A DNA stretch of 64,000 nt from Lama glama (lineage: Eukaryota), in the NCBI GenBank assembly GCA_028534125.1, contig CM052816.1, positions 9,116,001-9,180,000 of the forward strand. Direction: 5' to 3'. The notes below the pieces were generated by a model that worked only from the letters and a program-made list of their open reading frames with translations, ran no database searches and was not told the DNA's origin. The position numbers were made by a program, and so were the translations under genes. Of the stretch, positions 24,546 to 35,974 are shown one piece after another (the stretch's first letter is position 1; the number at the start of each line of letters is the position of its first letter).

Positions 24546-25229
24546 ACATCTGATACAATGTGATTGTAAAATAAAATTGCAAATCTTGCAAAACCTGCAG
24601 GATTTCATGAGATTGAGGAAAGCGATACTGAGGAACTGCTTGGAGCACCCACCAGTCTGTTTACAAGGAAACATCCAATCAAGGCTGTAACCAACCAGTT
24701 AATGACCAATGACATCACAGACATTGAAAGAACCAGTTATGCGTAGATCATTTGCAAATGATTCTTTTTCCGATTGTATTGCATGAATTATGTGTGAAGG
24801 AAAAGTTTTCATACTGTGTGACTATAAAATTTAGTTGGAGAAATTGTATTCACCTTAATCAACTTAGTTTATTTGTTCTGGTCCTAAGATTAAGCATGAG
24901 GTTGCAGTTATAACCAAAGTTCTGTTAAATATATTTTCATAAATTTTTGTTTCATTACTTTTTCAAGGTGAAGTTGCAGTTAAACCATATTCTTAAGAAT
25001 TATTCAGAAATTTTGGTATCTGTTTTAAGTGACTTCTCTCTCAGTGGCTTTTTCTCCTGGTATGTTTTCTTGGAATCACAGGGACCGTCTGTAGCACCTC
25101 CCCCTTGACTGTGTTTACTTTATCGTGAGGCAGAAAAGTGTTTGGGCTCTGGATGGAAATGTCCATTTTGTGACACCCCCTTTTCACTTCCTGCTACTCC
25201 TTGGAAAGAGCTTTTCTCATTATCTACAG

Positions 25230-25431
25230 GTCACTTCTTCTGCAGAGCCATGTGCTCGGTGGCTCAGCCAGCTGAGAAGGAAGGAGAGTATTTGACACTT
25301 TGCAGGAATGAGTTAATCTCGGTGAAGATAGCTGAAGGTGACCCTGAGTGGGAAGGTGTGTCCTTGGTCACGGGTCAGCGTGGCCTGGTGCCAGTGTCAG
25401 CCGTGGAACCTCTGCCTCTCCCTTTCCACCA
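25230..25431 (+). CDS. SH3TC2: SH3TC2 exon 6, first SH3 domain ([10 protein letters not shown]...EPLPLPFHQ)
   Basis: Acceptor ctacag|, donor CCA|gtgagt, 202 nt. Lies within ORF 25142..25435. Confidence 0.96.
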
Positions 25432-26181
25432 GTGAGTAACCATTTACATCCTGGTAGAGGGTCGTGGAGCAGACTGAGGTCTGCACAGAACAGAGAAGGC
25501 ACACTTGCAGATTTGGACACCCATGGTGCCATGGAGGCAACAAACTCTGGGAGGCTTTTTATCTTTTGTTATTTAACAGTTAAGATTTGCATAATTCAGT
25601 GAAATGGAGACAACTCAAAATTTCAGATGGAAATATACCGCCTGGTCTCCAATGCAGTGTTTCTCAGTGTGGGAACTGGGGACAATTTGTATCAGTCATC
25701 TGGGAATTTTACTGCAGGTTCACACTCCCTGGCCCTCCTCAGACTCTCTTAGGGTTGGATCCAAAAATCTTCATTTTATATCAGCTCCTCTTAAACATAA
25801 GGGGATGTTTTTCTTACTAAAGTTTAAGAATCCTTGTTGTAAGATATTGTAAACTCAAACGTACAGAGTGGCAGTAAACGTGATTCCAGGCCATGGGCCC
25901 TGTGTATGGCTCTGGCAGAGAATCTGACAGTGAGAATGGAATGGGCTCTTTTGTTATTTAACTGACAAACTAATTGCTGAGCCAGAAAACATCCTAGGCC
26001 TGCTGATATGCCTGATACCAAGTAAGTTCTCAGTAAATGTTTTTCCACTATTATAATAAGAGTAACCAAAATAACAGTAAGACTTATCATCACTGTCATT
26101 GTTATTTTAATGGACTATTCTGCTCACTGTTCCAGTTTTTTTTTAAATCTGTGTTTGCAAACCCCATGTTTCCATTGGCAG

Positions 26182-26255
26182 ATGGTTCCTAAAGAATTAT
26201 CCAGGAATCTGTGGCCTTTCCAGAAAGAAGGATTGGACAGGCTCCTATCAGATTG
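26182..26255 (+). CDS. SH3TC2: SH3TC2 exon 7 ([24 protein letters not shown])
   Basis: Acceptor ttggcag|, donor TTG|gtatgg, 74 nt. Confidence 0.95.
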
Positions 26256-26999
26256 GTATGGCTGAGTGGAACACAGTATTTATTATTAGGGAGATAATAT
26301 TGCTCTGCCTCCTACTTTTATCTGCCGATTTGGTGTCAGTTGATGTGAATTTCTGTCTCATCTCTGCTACTGACTGGATGGATGGAGTTGCCATCAGTAA
26401 ACGTGGGTTTCCTTGCCTATGAAATGAGAGGTCTCAGTCAAGGTTTGTAAATATAAATGCCAAAAGGGCAAGCAGAATGCACAGATGTGTGGAGGGCCTG
26501 GATGGAAGATGTTATGAAATGGTAAGGACCGTAGGGATTTAAAGATATGCAGGTTAAAAAAAAAGCCTGGTGTGGGCCAAATGTGGCCTGCAGGCTGCCT
26601 GTTTTCAATCTCTAGTCAAAACATTTCCTAGTTTTGTGAAGTTAATCTTGAATTTAGGAAGATTAAGAATGCTTGGCACATAGTGGGTGCTCAGTAAATA
26701 TTTGTTGAATAAATGAAATACATACATATATATGTATGTATAAATACATGCGTACATTTTAGGTAATCTATATGTACATGTATGAATGCACACAGACATA
26801 TACACACATACACATATATCTATTATTATGTATCTTTTTTGTCTTCATCCTTAGAGCTGCCTCCCCATACCTAGCACAAGTGCAATTTTAAAGTTCTAAG
26901 CGCAAATAATACTTAAAAAAAAAAGAGACAGGGAATTATGAAATCCCTATGTTAGATCTAATCCATGGTTGACCATAAACAAGATGTTTAGCAATCTGA

Positions 27000-27245
27000 G
27001 TCAGTATGGCCTTGTAGTCAGGAACATGGGGCTGTAAAGTGTGTTCTGGGTTCAAATTCTGGCCCCACAACTTAAAACCAGCTTGACCTCAGCCAGTTCT
27101 CATGCCCTCACTATGCCACAACTTCCTCATTATAAAATGTTACCATAAAGCCAACTTCCTGTGTTGTCATGAGAAGTAAACTAAATGACATCTGTAAATC
27201 ACTTAGCACAGTTTTCTCAAGGTGTAAGTGTTTAACACATGGTAG
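27000..27245 (+). mobile_element. MIR SINE (representative; similar MIRs near 3460-3660, 6270-6470, 16550-16710, 17630-17850, 53460-53690, 54360-54610, 57800-58030)
   Basis: MIR core: ctgggttcaaattctggcc..tgacct..cttcctcat..taaaatg..tgtaaatcacttagcacag. Confidence 0.65.
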
Positions 27246-28314
27246 ATCCTCTTTACCCACAAAGCAGTGGGGACTTCGGATTTTGAAGATATGCTCAATA
27301 GAAACTAGACCAAAATGTCAGAAAAAATAATTCAGCAGCTTTAGGATGGGAGCTAAAGTAAATACGGAAACCGAGGCACATACAAGCCACTATCTCACAA
27401 CTATAGCTGGATCAGTGGAGAGAAGGGTTACCAGCAGTGGAGAGATGAGTTCTGGACCAAGCTTTGTCACACATAACACTCCTTGGACAAATCACGTACA
27501 CTCTCTGTGCTTCCACCTTCTAATCTGTCAAAAGGGGATTCTGATAGTTGCTCCAGGGAGGATCTGAGAAAATGAACATGAATGTACTTTGTAAACTGGA
27601 CAGTATAGTGCTCATAAATATATCATGACTAGGTCTTAGCTAGGCAGCTCATTCAAACTGGGGACTGACCATAGTCAGGCGTCTTCCAGATCCCTCTGGA
27701 TCACCAACTGTCTTCTGTTCATCAGTGAAAGGAATCTAACATTTATTGAGGGTTGATTGAGGGTTTGCATTTTATCTTTTTAAAGCTTCCTGGTATTTAC
27801 AAGAGACAGGTATTCTCATTATCCCCATTTTACAGTTGGGGAGACTGAGGGTCATAGTGCCAAAGGAGCTGGAAGGAATTGGAAAGATCCTACAGTGGTC
27901 CTCACTTTGTCTGTGGACTTGTGCCAACCACAACAAGTGTTTACATGATAATGGCAAGTCAGACAAAGTAGGACAATATAGTGAGCTTTCCAGTTTTCCA
28001 TAAGCTAACTTTATTCTGTTTTAAGGTATATTTAGTGTTTTGAGATTATCTTTCCTACGTTTGTTAAAATATCTTTTCTTTCATAAAACGATGGTAAAAG
28101 TGGATGGTAGTTCCTTTTTTGAATTTCCTAGTTTGGCCAAATGAAAAGCCAATTAACCCTATATCATTCCTGCCAATTTTTTTGTAGTGGAGTTTTTACT
28201 GGTCCTTAAAATTCTAAAATCTGGAAACCCCTCATTTTATATTACATTGGAAGCTACTGGAAGGCTCAGCTGTTTCTGCCTTATTTAGTTGACCTGTGCA
28301 CTGTTTCCCCACAG

Positions 28315-28510
28315 GTAGAGGAAAATGTAAGGCCTGGAAGGAATATGAGAGAGAAGAGAAGGATGAACTGAATTTCCGCCAAGGGGAAAGCATCGAGATC
28401 ATCGGCTTTGTCATTCCTGGGCTTCAGTGGTTCATTGGGAAGTCAACCCTTTCAGGAGAAGTGGGCTTTGTTCCCACCAGGAACATAGATCCTGATTCTT
28501 ATTCCCCAAT
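28315..28510 (+). CDS. SH3TC2: SH3TC2 exon 8, second SH3 domain ([11 protein letters not shown]...[14 protein letters not shown]...[16 protein letters not shown])
   Basis: Acceptor cccacag|, donor AAT|gtgagt, 196 nt. Shows the SH3 signature. Confidence 0.97.
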
Positions 28511-30580
28511 GTGAGTATGACAGGCCCCCTGGGATGCCCTGGAGCAGGGCCACCTTCCCACGTGGTCCTGCCCCATTCTGAGCAGATTCACAGATGAGCT
28601 TCAGGTGGTTCAGGTACCAGGTCCTTGGTAACATGAACCCAGAGGAGCACATTCTGACAACGAAGGCCGACCTGAGGAGCGATAGGAAGGAGAAGACGAG
28701 TGATCAGGGAAGGAGTCAGGTCAGTTCGTTTCAAAAGATGGTCATTGAGGCCTTCCTCTTTGCAAGGAGAGAAGTACAGGGCCTGCTCTTAGCCTTTCCC
28801 ATCCAGTCAAAGGGCCCATCAGGAAAGTGCACACACAGCTCAGTGAATGGAGAGTCCCTCCCATGCCCATGTAGGTCTGTCTGCTGAAAGCTTAATGTGT
28901 GAAGTCAGGGTTGGCCAGGATGGTGGAGTGCATCATTTGCTCTTTCTTGCCTTGAGTCTAGAAGGGCTGGTTCTGAGGGGCAGAGCCACCATGTGGCCAG
29001 CCTGCTCCGCCCACCCTGTCACAGAGGGGCAGGTCTGGGGCACTGCCCGGTCTCCCTGGGTGGGCTTCCTGCACTGGGACGGAAACGATCCAGGAAGTAC
29101 GAGAGGGAGCGCCGAGTTAGCTGCTAACCTGAGACACTGTAGCCTTCCACACGGGGAATATGTGGCCCAAGGAATGTCTAAGTCTCCACCAATCAGACTG
29201 GAACTCCTTCCTTTGTGGAAAGAGCCACTGAGGAGAGTGGACCAAAGCCAGAAGCTCCCTGCAAGGCCTGTTCTTCGAAGGATGAGGAAACAGGTCATTT
29301 TCCCTACACAGAAATGTGGGGACTCAAGTAACTCTAAACAAGGAGGATCACTCACTGAGCTCCTGGAGAGTGTGATGAGAGTTTGTAAGGAGGAAAAAGG
29401 TGTCAAGAGAGCTTTCCTGAGAAAGGTAACATGCAAGTTCAGTTTTGAACAACGTTAAGATATGTCAACAGACGTAAGTGAGGAAAGGCAGTCTCAGGCA
29501 GGAAAGTGAGGGGAATTAATGACTCCTGTCTTCGGGAGCAGGTCACCAGGAGGGCACTGGTATGCCAAAGTCTCAGTGGGGCCATGAGGTGGGAGACCGG
29601 GAATGCCTGTGCCAAGGACCTGTCCTTCACTTGGCAGGGAATGGGGAGCCACTGAGTATCTCTGAGCAAGGGTGACATGATGTGACTGGAACTTCTCTCT
29701 AGACAGCAACCCTGGCTTTGGGTGAGGTGTGCATGGTCTAGAGCACGTCGAGTGTCTATATTAGTTTACCAGTTGGGTGACTTTGGATATGTTAATATTT
29801 GTCCATATGATTGTTAACTAGTTGAAATGAGCTAATACATGTAAAGCACTTGGATTGGTGCCTAGCACAGCATGTGTGTGTGCGTCTGTGTGTGTGTGTG
29901 TGATCACCATACATTAACTCTTATTATTGCTGTTACTGTTATGAGTGGTAATCTCTGAGAAGCAGTTTTAATAGAATATTGGGGACAGGTGTCAGAATTC
30001 ATCAATTATATTAGAGTTCTGCACCTCATACTGTGTCTCAAAAGACAATAACCCAGTACTACTAAATTAATCTGATCACCACATTTTAGCTGGCTCAGTA
30101 GTAGGAGATACACTCACTCTGAAGAACATCATACCCTGTATCGCAGTGGTGACATGAGACTTTCTCCTTACTTGCACAGTGGTCCCCTGTGGGACGCCAT
30201 GCACCAGGGATTGCACAGTCAGTAAGGAAGAGAAAAGTGAGCAGGAGACAGGGAGGGATGGGAGAAGGAGAGGAGAGGAGGACTGGCTCATTGCACACTG
30301 TCAACGTACCCTCTAGAATATAGACATCCTGGAAATACAGCAATCAGAGGAAAACTGGACAGACAAGCTGGCACAAGCAGCAGCCAGAGTGTGGAAGTCC
30401 TGGGAATCATTCTTGTGTGCTGTGCTGGTGATTGGGCCACTGGGTGTCACTCTTAGTCTGTGTTCATTTGCTGTTAGATTTCTGAAGATGGTCCAGCATT
30501 TGCTGAAGTCTGCATCTTCTTCCCACAGCCCCTGTCCCTGTGTTAGTATATTACTTCCTGAAGTGTTTGTACGTGTATTT

Positions 30581-30630
30581 GTACGTACGTACGTACGTAT
30601 GTATGTATGTATGTATGCATTCATTCATTC
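30581..30630. repeat. Compound microsatellite (GTAC)4(GTAT)5 followed by a short (TCAT)n
   Basis: Read directly from the sequence. Confidence 0.9.
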
Positions 30631-31805
30631 AACCAAATTGGCAGTGTGTTGAGAATGAAATTTCTCAGAAGCTGTTTTCTGAGTCGGATTTAGGCTGTGC
30701 CTCTGTCACATGGGAAAAGGGATCCTGCTTATCCACTGAAGCACATTTTTGTGGGTTTCCTTTTTGATAGCCCAGATTTCAATATCAGCTACCAAAGTTT
30801 CACAGCACCAGCATCTGGAAAGCCCAGGTGGTTTTTTTGTTTCTTTTTTTTTTAAATATGGAATACCCTTTCTTAAACCTGCGGCAGGCCTTCTGTTTAT
30901 ATAGACAAAGTGTTTACATTTTCCAGAGTGACTGGTGAATCTCACCCTTTTGGGGGTGACAGAATGCCACACCCATCCTTTTTTTTTTTTTTGATATGTT
31001 TGTGTTTGTGTGTATGGGTATGTGTTTTAAGTGAAAAAGTCTTTAGATAATTGGAGATGCCTTTTTACCCCTTTATATTTTCATCCTCTGATTCCTTTCC
31101 TAGAAGCCAATACTATTTGAAGTTGATATGTATCTTTTCAGTCCTTATCCTGATACATTTAAAAAATACACATTTGTTCATAAATGAAAACACTATGGCT
31201 TTGTGTCTTAAAATTTTATTCAAATTTTTTTCTGCAACTGGGATTTTTCACAGTTGAAGTGTAAATTTAGGATTTATTCATGTACAAGATACAGTTCATT
31301 TTTATGAAGTGTTACTTAAAGGAAATTTATATACTTAAATTCCTAAATTTTAAAATAAGCAGGATTGAGCAATTAATACACTCAAAACCAGATAAAAGAA
31401 CGTAGGAGAAAAGCCAATATTTCGTAGTATTAGACATTAAAAGTATTTCTATCTTGGTTATCCCCTCTTTTATTCTTCCTATTTATCTATGTCTTCTTCA
31501 TAATTCCGTTTCTTGTGGCATCTGTTTTTGTTGATGAGAAGTTTACTGTGAGTTTCATAGCCATTTATTTGCAGGTAGGCAGACTTATCTCACTTTTTTT
31601 TAAGGTTTTTTCTTTGTTATTGGTCTTTTACAGTTGCACCACGGTATGTCTAGCTCTGATATATTCTATTATTTATTTATAGCAAGTTGTCCAGTTCCTT
31701 CTCCATCATGTATACCACTGAGATACGTAGATATTTCAGTGGAGATCTGTGAGTTACAAACGTTCTCTGTTTATAGTCTTTGTCTTAAAGATACTTAAAA
31801 TATAT

Positions 31806-32250
31806 TCTTTTTTTGCATTGAAGTACAGTTGATTTACAGTGTTGTTTTAGTTTCAGGTATACAACAACATGATTCAGATACATATATGTATACATATATA
31901 TACTTTTTCAAATTCTTATATAGGTCATTACAAGATATTGAATATAGTTCCCTGTGCTATACAATAGAACCTTGTTTTTTATCTGTTTCATGTATAGTAG
32001 TATGTATCTGTTAATCCCAAACTCCTAATTTATCCCTCCTCCACTTTCCCCTTTGGTAACCATTCATTTGTTTTCTATGTCTGAGAGTCTCTTTCTGTTT
32101 TATAAATAAGTTCAGTTGTATCATTTTTTAAGATTCCACATATAAGTGATATATGGTATTTGTCTTTCTCTGACTTCACTTAGTGTGATAATCTCTAGGT
32201 CCATCCATATTGCTGCAAATGGCATTATTTCATTCTTTTTTTATGACTGA
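31806..32250 (-). mobile_element. 5'-truncated artiodactyl-type L1 3' end
   Basis: attgaagtacagttgatttacagtgttg..tacaagatattgaatatagttccctgtgctatac..ctctaggtccatccatattgctgcaaatggcattatttcattc. Confidence 0.8.
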
Positions 32251-32513
32251 TACTGTACTCTTGAGTGATAATTTAGTTAGGTATAGAGTAACATCTTCAA
32301 GGTGTGGAGGGGAAAATGACTATTAACACAAAATTTAAAATCCATTTTGCCAGAGTTTTCTCAATTTTATTAGTCTCCTCATAGAGCCAATTTTTCTTTT
32401 GTTGACCGTATTTACTATTTCTTTTCTATTTTGTGAATTTCACACTTACCTTTATAATTTTCTTGTACTTTATTTTTATTTCATTAATTGATGTTCTTTT
32501 ATCCTTTGTATTT

Positions 32514-32640
32514 TTTCTTTGGTAAGGGGAGGTAATTAGGTTTATTTATTTATTTATTCTTGGAGAAGGTACTGGGGACTGAACCCAGGACCTCATGCAT
32601 GCTGACTGTGCACTCTACCATTTGAGCTATACCTTCCTCC
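32514..32640 (-). mobile_element. Vic-1-type camelid tRNA-derived SINE with perfect 17-bp TSD
   Basis: Minus strand ggaggaaggtatagctcaaatggtagagtgcac..gaggtcctgggttcagtccccagtacct..aataaataaacctaattacctcccc. TSD ttttatcctttgtattt at 32497-32513 and 32641-32657. Confidence 0.8.
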
Positions 32641-35073
32641 TTTTATCCTTTGTATTTAACTCTTTCATCCCATAAGTTGAACAGTTAAGTAACAGGTAGC
32701 TGAACCCAGAAAGAAGGATTAGGAGAAACAGAAAACCTGAAAAGACCTATAACCTTAAAGAAATGGAAATCATGTTAAAATTGTATTATTTCTATTTATT
32801 TTGCTTAGGACTTGGTATGCTTCTTCAGTTTGAAGACTCATGTCTTTCTTCACTTCTGGAAAATTCTCAGTCATTCTTCCTTTGAATATTGCCTCTCTCT
32901 CATTCTCTTTAGTCTCTCTTCTGGAATTCCTTTTAGAAGGTATGTTGGACTTGTTCTATCCTCAATCTTGCTTAATCAGTTCCTTTATATTTTTCATCTT
33001 TTTGCCGTGCTAGGCCACATTCTGGGTAATTTCCTCAGAATGGTCTTCAGTTTCACTAATGCTGCTGGGACTAAACCTGCTGTTTATCTCACTCATGTCG
33101 TCCCAAATGTCCTTGTCTGTATTTTCATTTCTGAAATTTGTATTTTCCTCTTTTACACATCTGCTTGTTTCTGCTCACAAAATCCCATATTTTCATTGTC
33201 ACTTTTATTCATTTTTTTATTTCATCATTTTAACCATGCTTATAAATAAAATCTTCAGATGATTGTTATTTCTAGTGTTTGTAGTATTAATTTGTCCACT
33301 TGTGCATCTGTTGGCTCTTTTTGTCAGTAGTTCATTTTCTTGCATGGGTTGCGTTTTTGGTGACATGAGTGAATTTTCAATAAAAGGTGGTCTCCACATG
33401 AAGCTTGGACTGAAGAAAGTATCCCAACAGAGTAGTTTTGGCAGTTGCTTTCCCTGGACGCTTAGGAACTCAGTGGTCCAGGCCTGGTTGTCTGACTGTG
33501 GTACCTGTACCATGCAGTGTAAATTCAGATTCCCATACCTTCTAATGGTGTAAACGTTAAGTGTTAAATTTTTTTCCAGGGACTCAGACAGATGGAAAAC
33601 ATTTCTTGGCAAATTCTGAGACGTTTCCAATCCCTTCTCTACCGAAGTTGCAGCCCTTCCAGACATTAGGCTATAGGGAGCTCAAAGCTATGTAGGGAGC
33701 TCCGTTCAGCTTTCCTGCTTCACACAGCTCCAGAATCTTATCTCCTGTCCCTGGGTGGCATTACCAGGTCAGCTACAGCTCTGAGGACCAGTGTCCCAGC
33801 TGAGAACCCCCAATGTCTCTGTACCGTCTGTTCTCACTTGCCAGCTTGGCTTTGGTTTCTCCTTTTGTTTCTGGCTCCTAGAAGTTTCCATTTCTTTCTT
33901 TCAAGTTAAAGTTATGTAATAAAATATTTATCTTGGTCACATCTTACCCACAATTTGTCTGTGTATATGGGGGAAAGTAGCCCCATGTGGAGCACTTCAA
34001 CCTGCCATATTTCCAGAAGCCCAACCACACTCCTAACCCCATTTCTGTGTCGGAAAGCCCTAGTGTAATTTGCCAAGTGTTTTGGACTCTGTCTAAATAT
34101 CTGGGACTCAGGATGTTAGCAAATCAGCTGTGAGTCAGTGAATACAGAGGCAGAAGACCTCAGCTTCAGTCTCAATTTCACCACTTTCTAGCTGTGTAAT
34201 TCTGAGCGTGCTACTGAATCTTTCTGAATCTTTACCTGCCAATATGGATAAAAATACCTATATCATAGTGTTGTTATGAGGAGTAAATGAAATAGTAAAT
34301 TAAGAAATGCTTTGTAAAATTTAAGAGTTCTCTAGAAATTTGGAATCATATTCTTTTTATCTCAAATGAATTCAGATGAAGAATTCAATAATGTGCTCTT
34401 TTGAGAATGGAAGCTTTTATGGTGCTGGGGAGAATCTGGAGGTCAGACCAGAGAAATGGGGGTTCAGTAAATGTGGTGTTAAGAGCTACAATGTCAAGAC
34501 ACAGCTTTAGCGCCAGTTCTGCCTCAAGTTAGTGGTGTGACCTTGAGAAGTTCGTATTAGTGGCTAGTTTTCTCATCACTGACTTTCAGACTGTGTTTAT
34601 CTGAGCTATGAGGACAATGGCTAAATGGCAGACCATGACACCCCATCCCAGCCCCTCCCTCAACCCTGCTTGAACTGGAGAAGCTCCCCTTATATTCTGC
34701 TCTGCCAGTCCCTGACCACCAGCTTCATTTTTCTGTGCCTCGGTTTCTCCCTCTGTTTTAAAAAGGGGATAAGAATAGTGCCTGCATCATAGGGCAACTG
34801 CAGAGATTAAATGAGTTAATAGTGTCTGATTCATAATAAGCCTCCCCTCAGAGTGTGAGCTGTTATTTTTGTTTTAAAACTGGCTTTTGAAGTTAAAAAA
34901 TATTTAGAACTGAAAGAGATCTTAAATGCTGATCAGATAGAGACCAGAGCGGATACTTTCTTTCCAAGGCACTTCTAGTTTTCCTATTTGGTTCTGTGAC
35001 AGATCTCTAGTAAGCAAATTACTTTTCACAATTGGTTTATACAATAGAGTGTGTATAAAAATCTCTACAATAT

Positions 35074-35190
35074 GCGAGGAGGGTATAGCTCAGTGGTGGA
35101 GTGCATACTGAGCATGCATGTGGTCCTGGGTTCAACCCCCAGTACCTCCATTAGGAATAAATAAATACCTAATTACCTCCCCTAATCAAA
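35074..35190 (+). mobile_element. Vic-1-type camelid tRNA-derived SINE
   Basis: gagggtatagctcagtggtggagtgc (A box)..ggtcctgggttcaacccccagtacctcc (B box)..aataaataaatacctaattacctcccc. Confidence 0.8.
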
Positions 35191-35840
35191 CCCCCTCCTC
35201 CCAAAAAGATCTCTGTTATTTATGATCATTTCTTCCAGTCCCCTGGCCCTCCTTGTACCCCTGCCCGTGCCCTAGCCTCCTGTCCCTCTCTTAATGCTAC
35301 ATAACACTGTTGTTCTGTATCATGGAATCCAGTGTCAACACCTGATGTGAAAGGTTCCTGCTGGCCGTAGTCACGTTTTCTCCATTGTTTCTTTAGATTT
35401 TATCACCTGTCCTGAACATTTTCTTGAAATAACCCGACAAACATCTTTTAACAGTCCTTTTCCAATCCTTATATTTAGGGCAGCTGATTTCTATTTCTCC
35501 CTTTAAAAATGGGCGCCCTGTGGTCTCAAAGAATGAGTAGGGGTGTGGGAAGGGGCTTTGCTTTCCTTGGGAGAATGTGGAGTTCTAGCAGGGTGGGTGT
35601 TTTAGGTGTTTAGCAGCGGCACAGCTCGGTTCTGCAGGGATGAGGTGCTGCCAGTGCTTCGCCCTTGGCAGTGTAAATAAATCTGTTACACAGCAGTGAG
35701 ATGAGGAGTCTGACTTCAGCCCTGAGCACCTGAGTTAATGGCTTCTTTGTGTCCCTTCCTGCATCCCAGGATGGAGGGAGAAGGGGTTGTGTCTGGAACC
35801 TTGCACTGATCTGTGTCCATGTCTTTTTGCCTTAATCCAG

Positions 35841-35974
35841 GAGCAAGAACTCTGCCTTTTTCAGTGAGGAGGAAAGATGCTCTCTGGGGGTCCTGGGAAG
35901 TGACAGGAAAGCTGAGTGTGCCGACTTCCTTCACACGCTTGCTCAGACTGACATAACATCTGTCTACCGGCTGA
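35841..35974 (+). CDS. SH3TC2: SH3TC2 exon 9 ([15 protein letters not shown]...TDITSVYRL)
   Basis: Acceptor atccag|, donor TGA|gtaagt, 134 nt. Confidence 0.95.

Noticed and set aside
28847..29458. 203-aa (+) and 167-aa (-) ORFs in intron 8
   Set aside because: There is no recognisable protein similarity, the 3' part runs into L2-like repeat, and there is no poly(A)/TSD evidence of a retrogene.
35074..35150. tRNA gene
   Set aside because: A and B boxes are present, but they are followed by a SINE-specific AT-rich tail, and a second diverged copy with a TSD exists at 32514-32640. This is a SINE.
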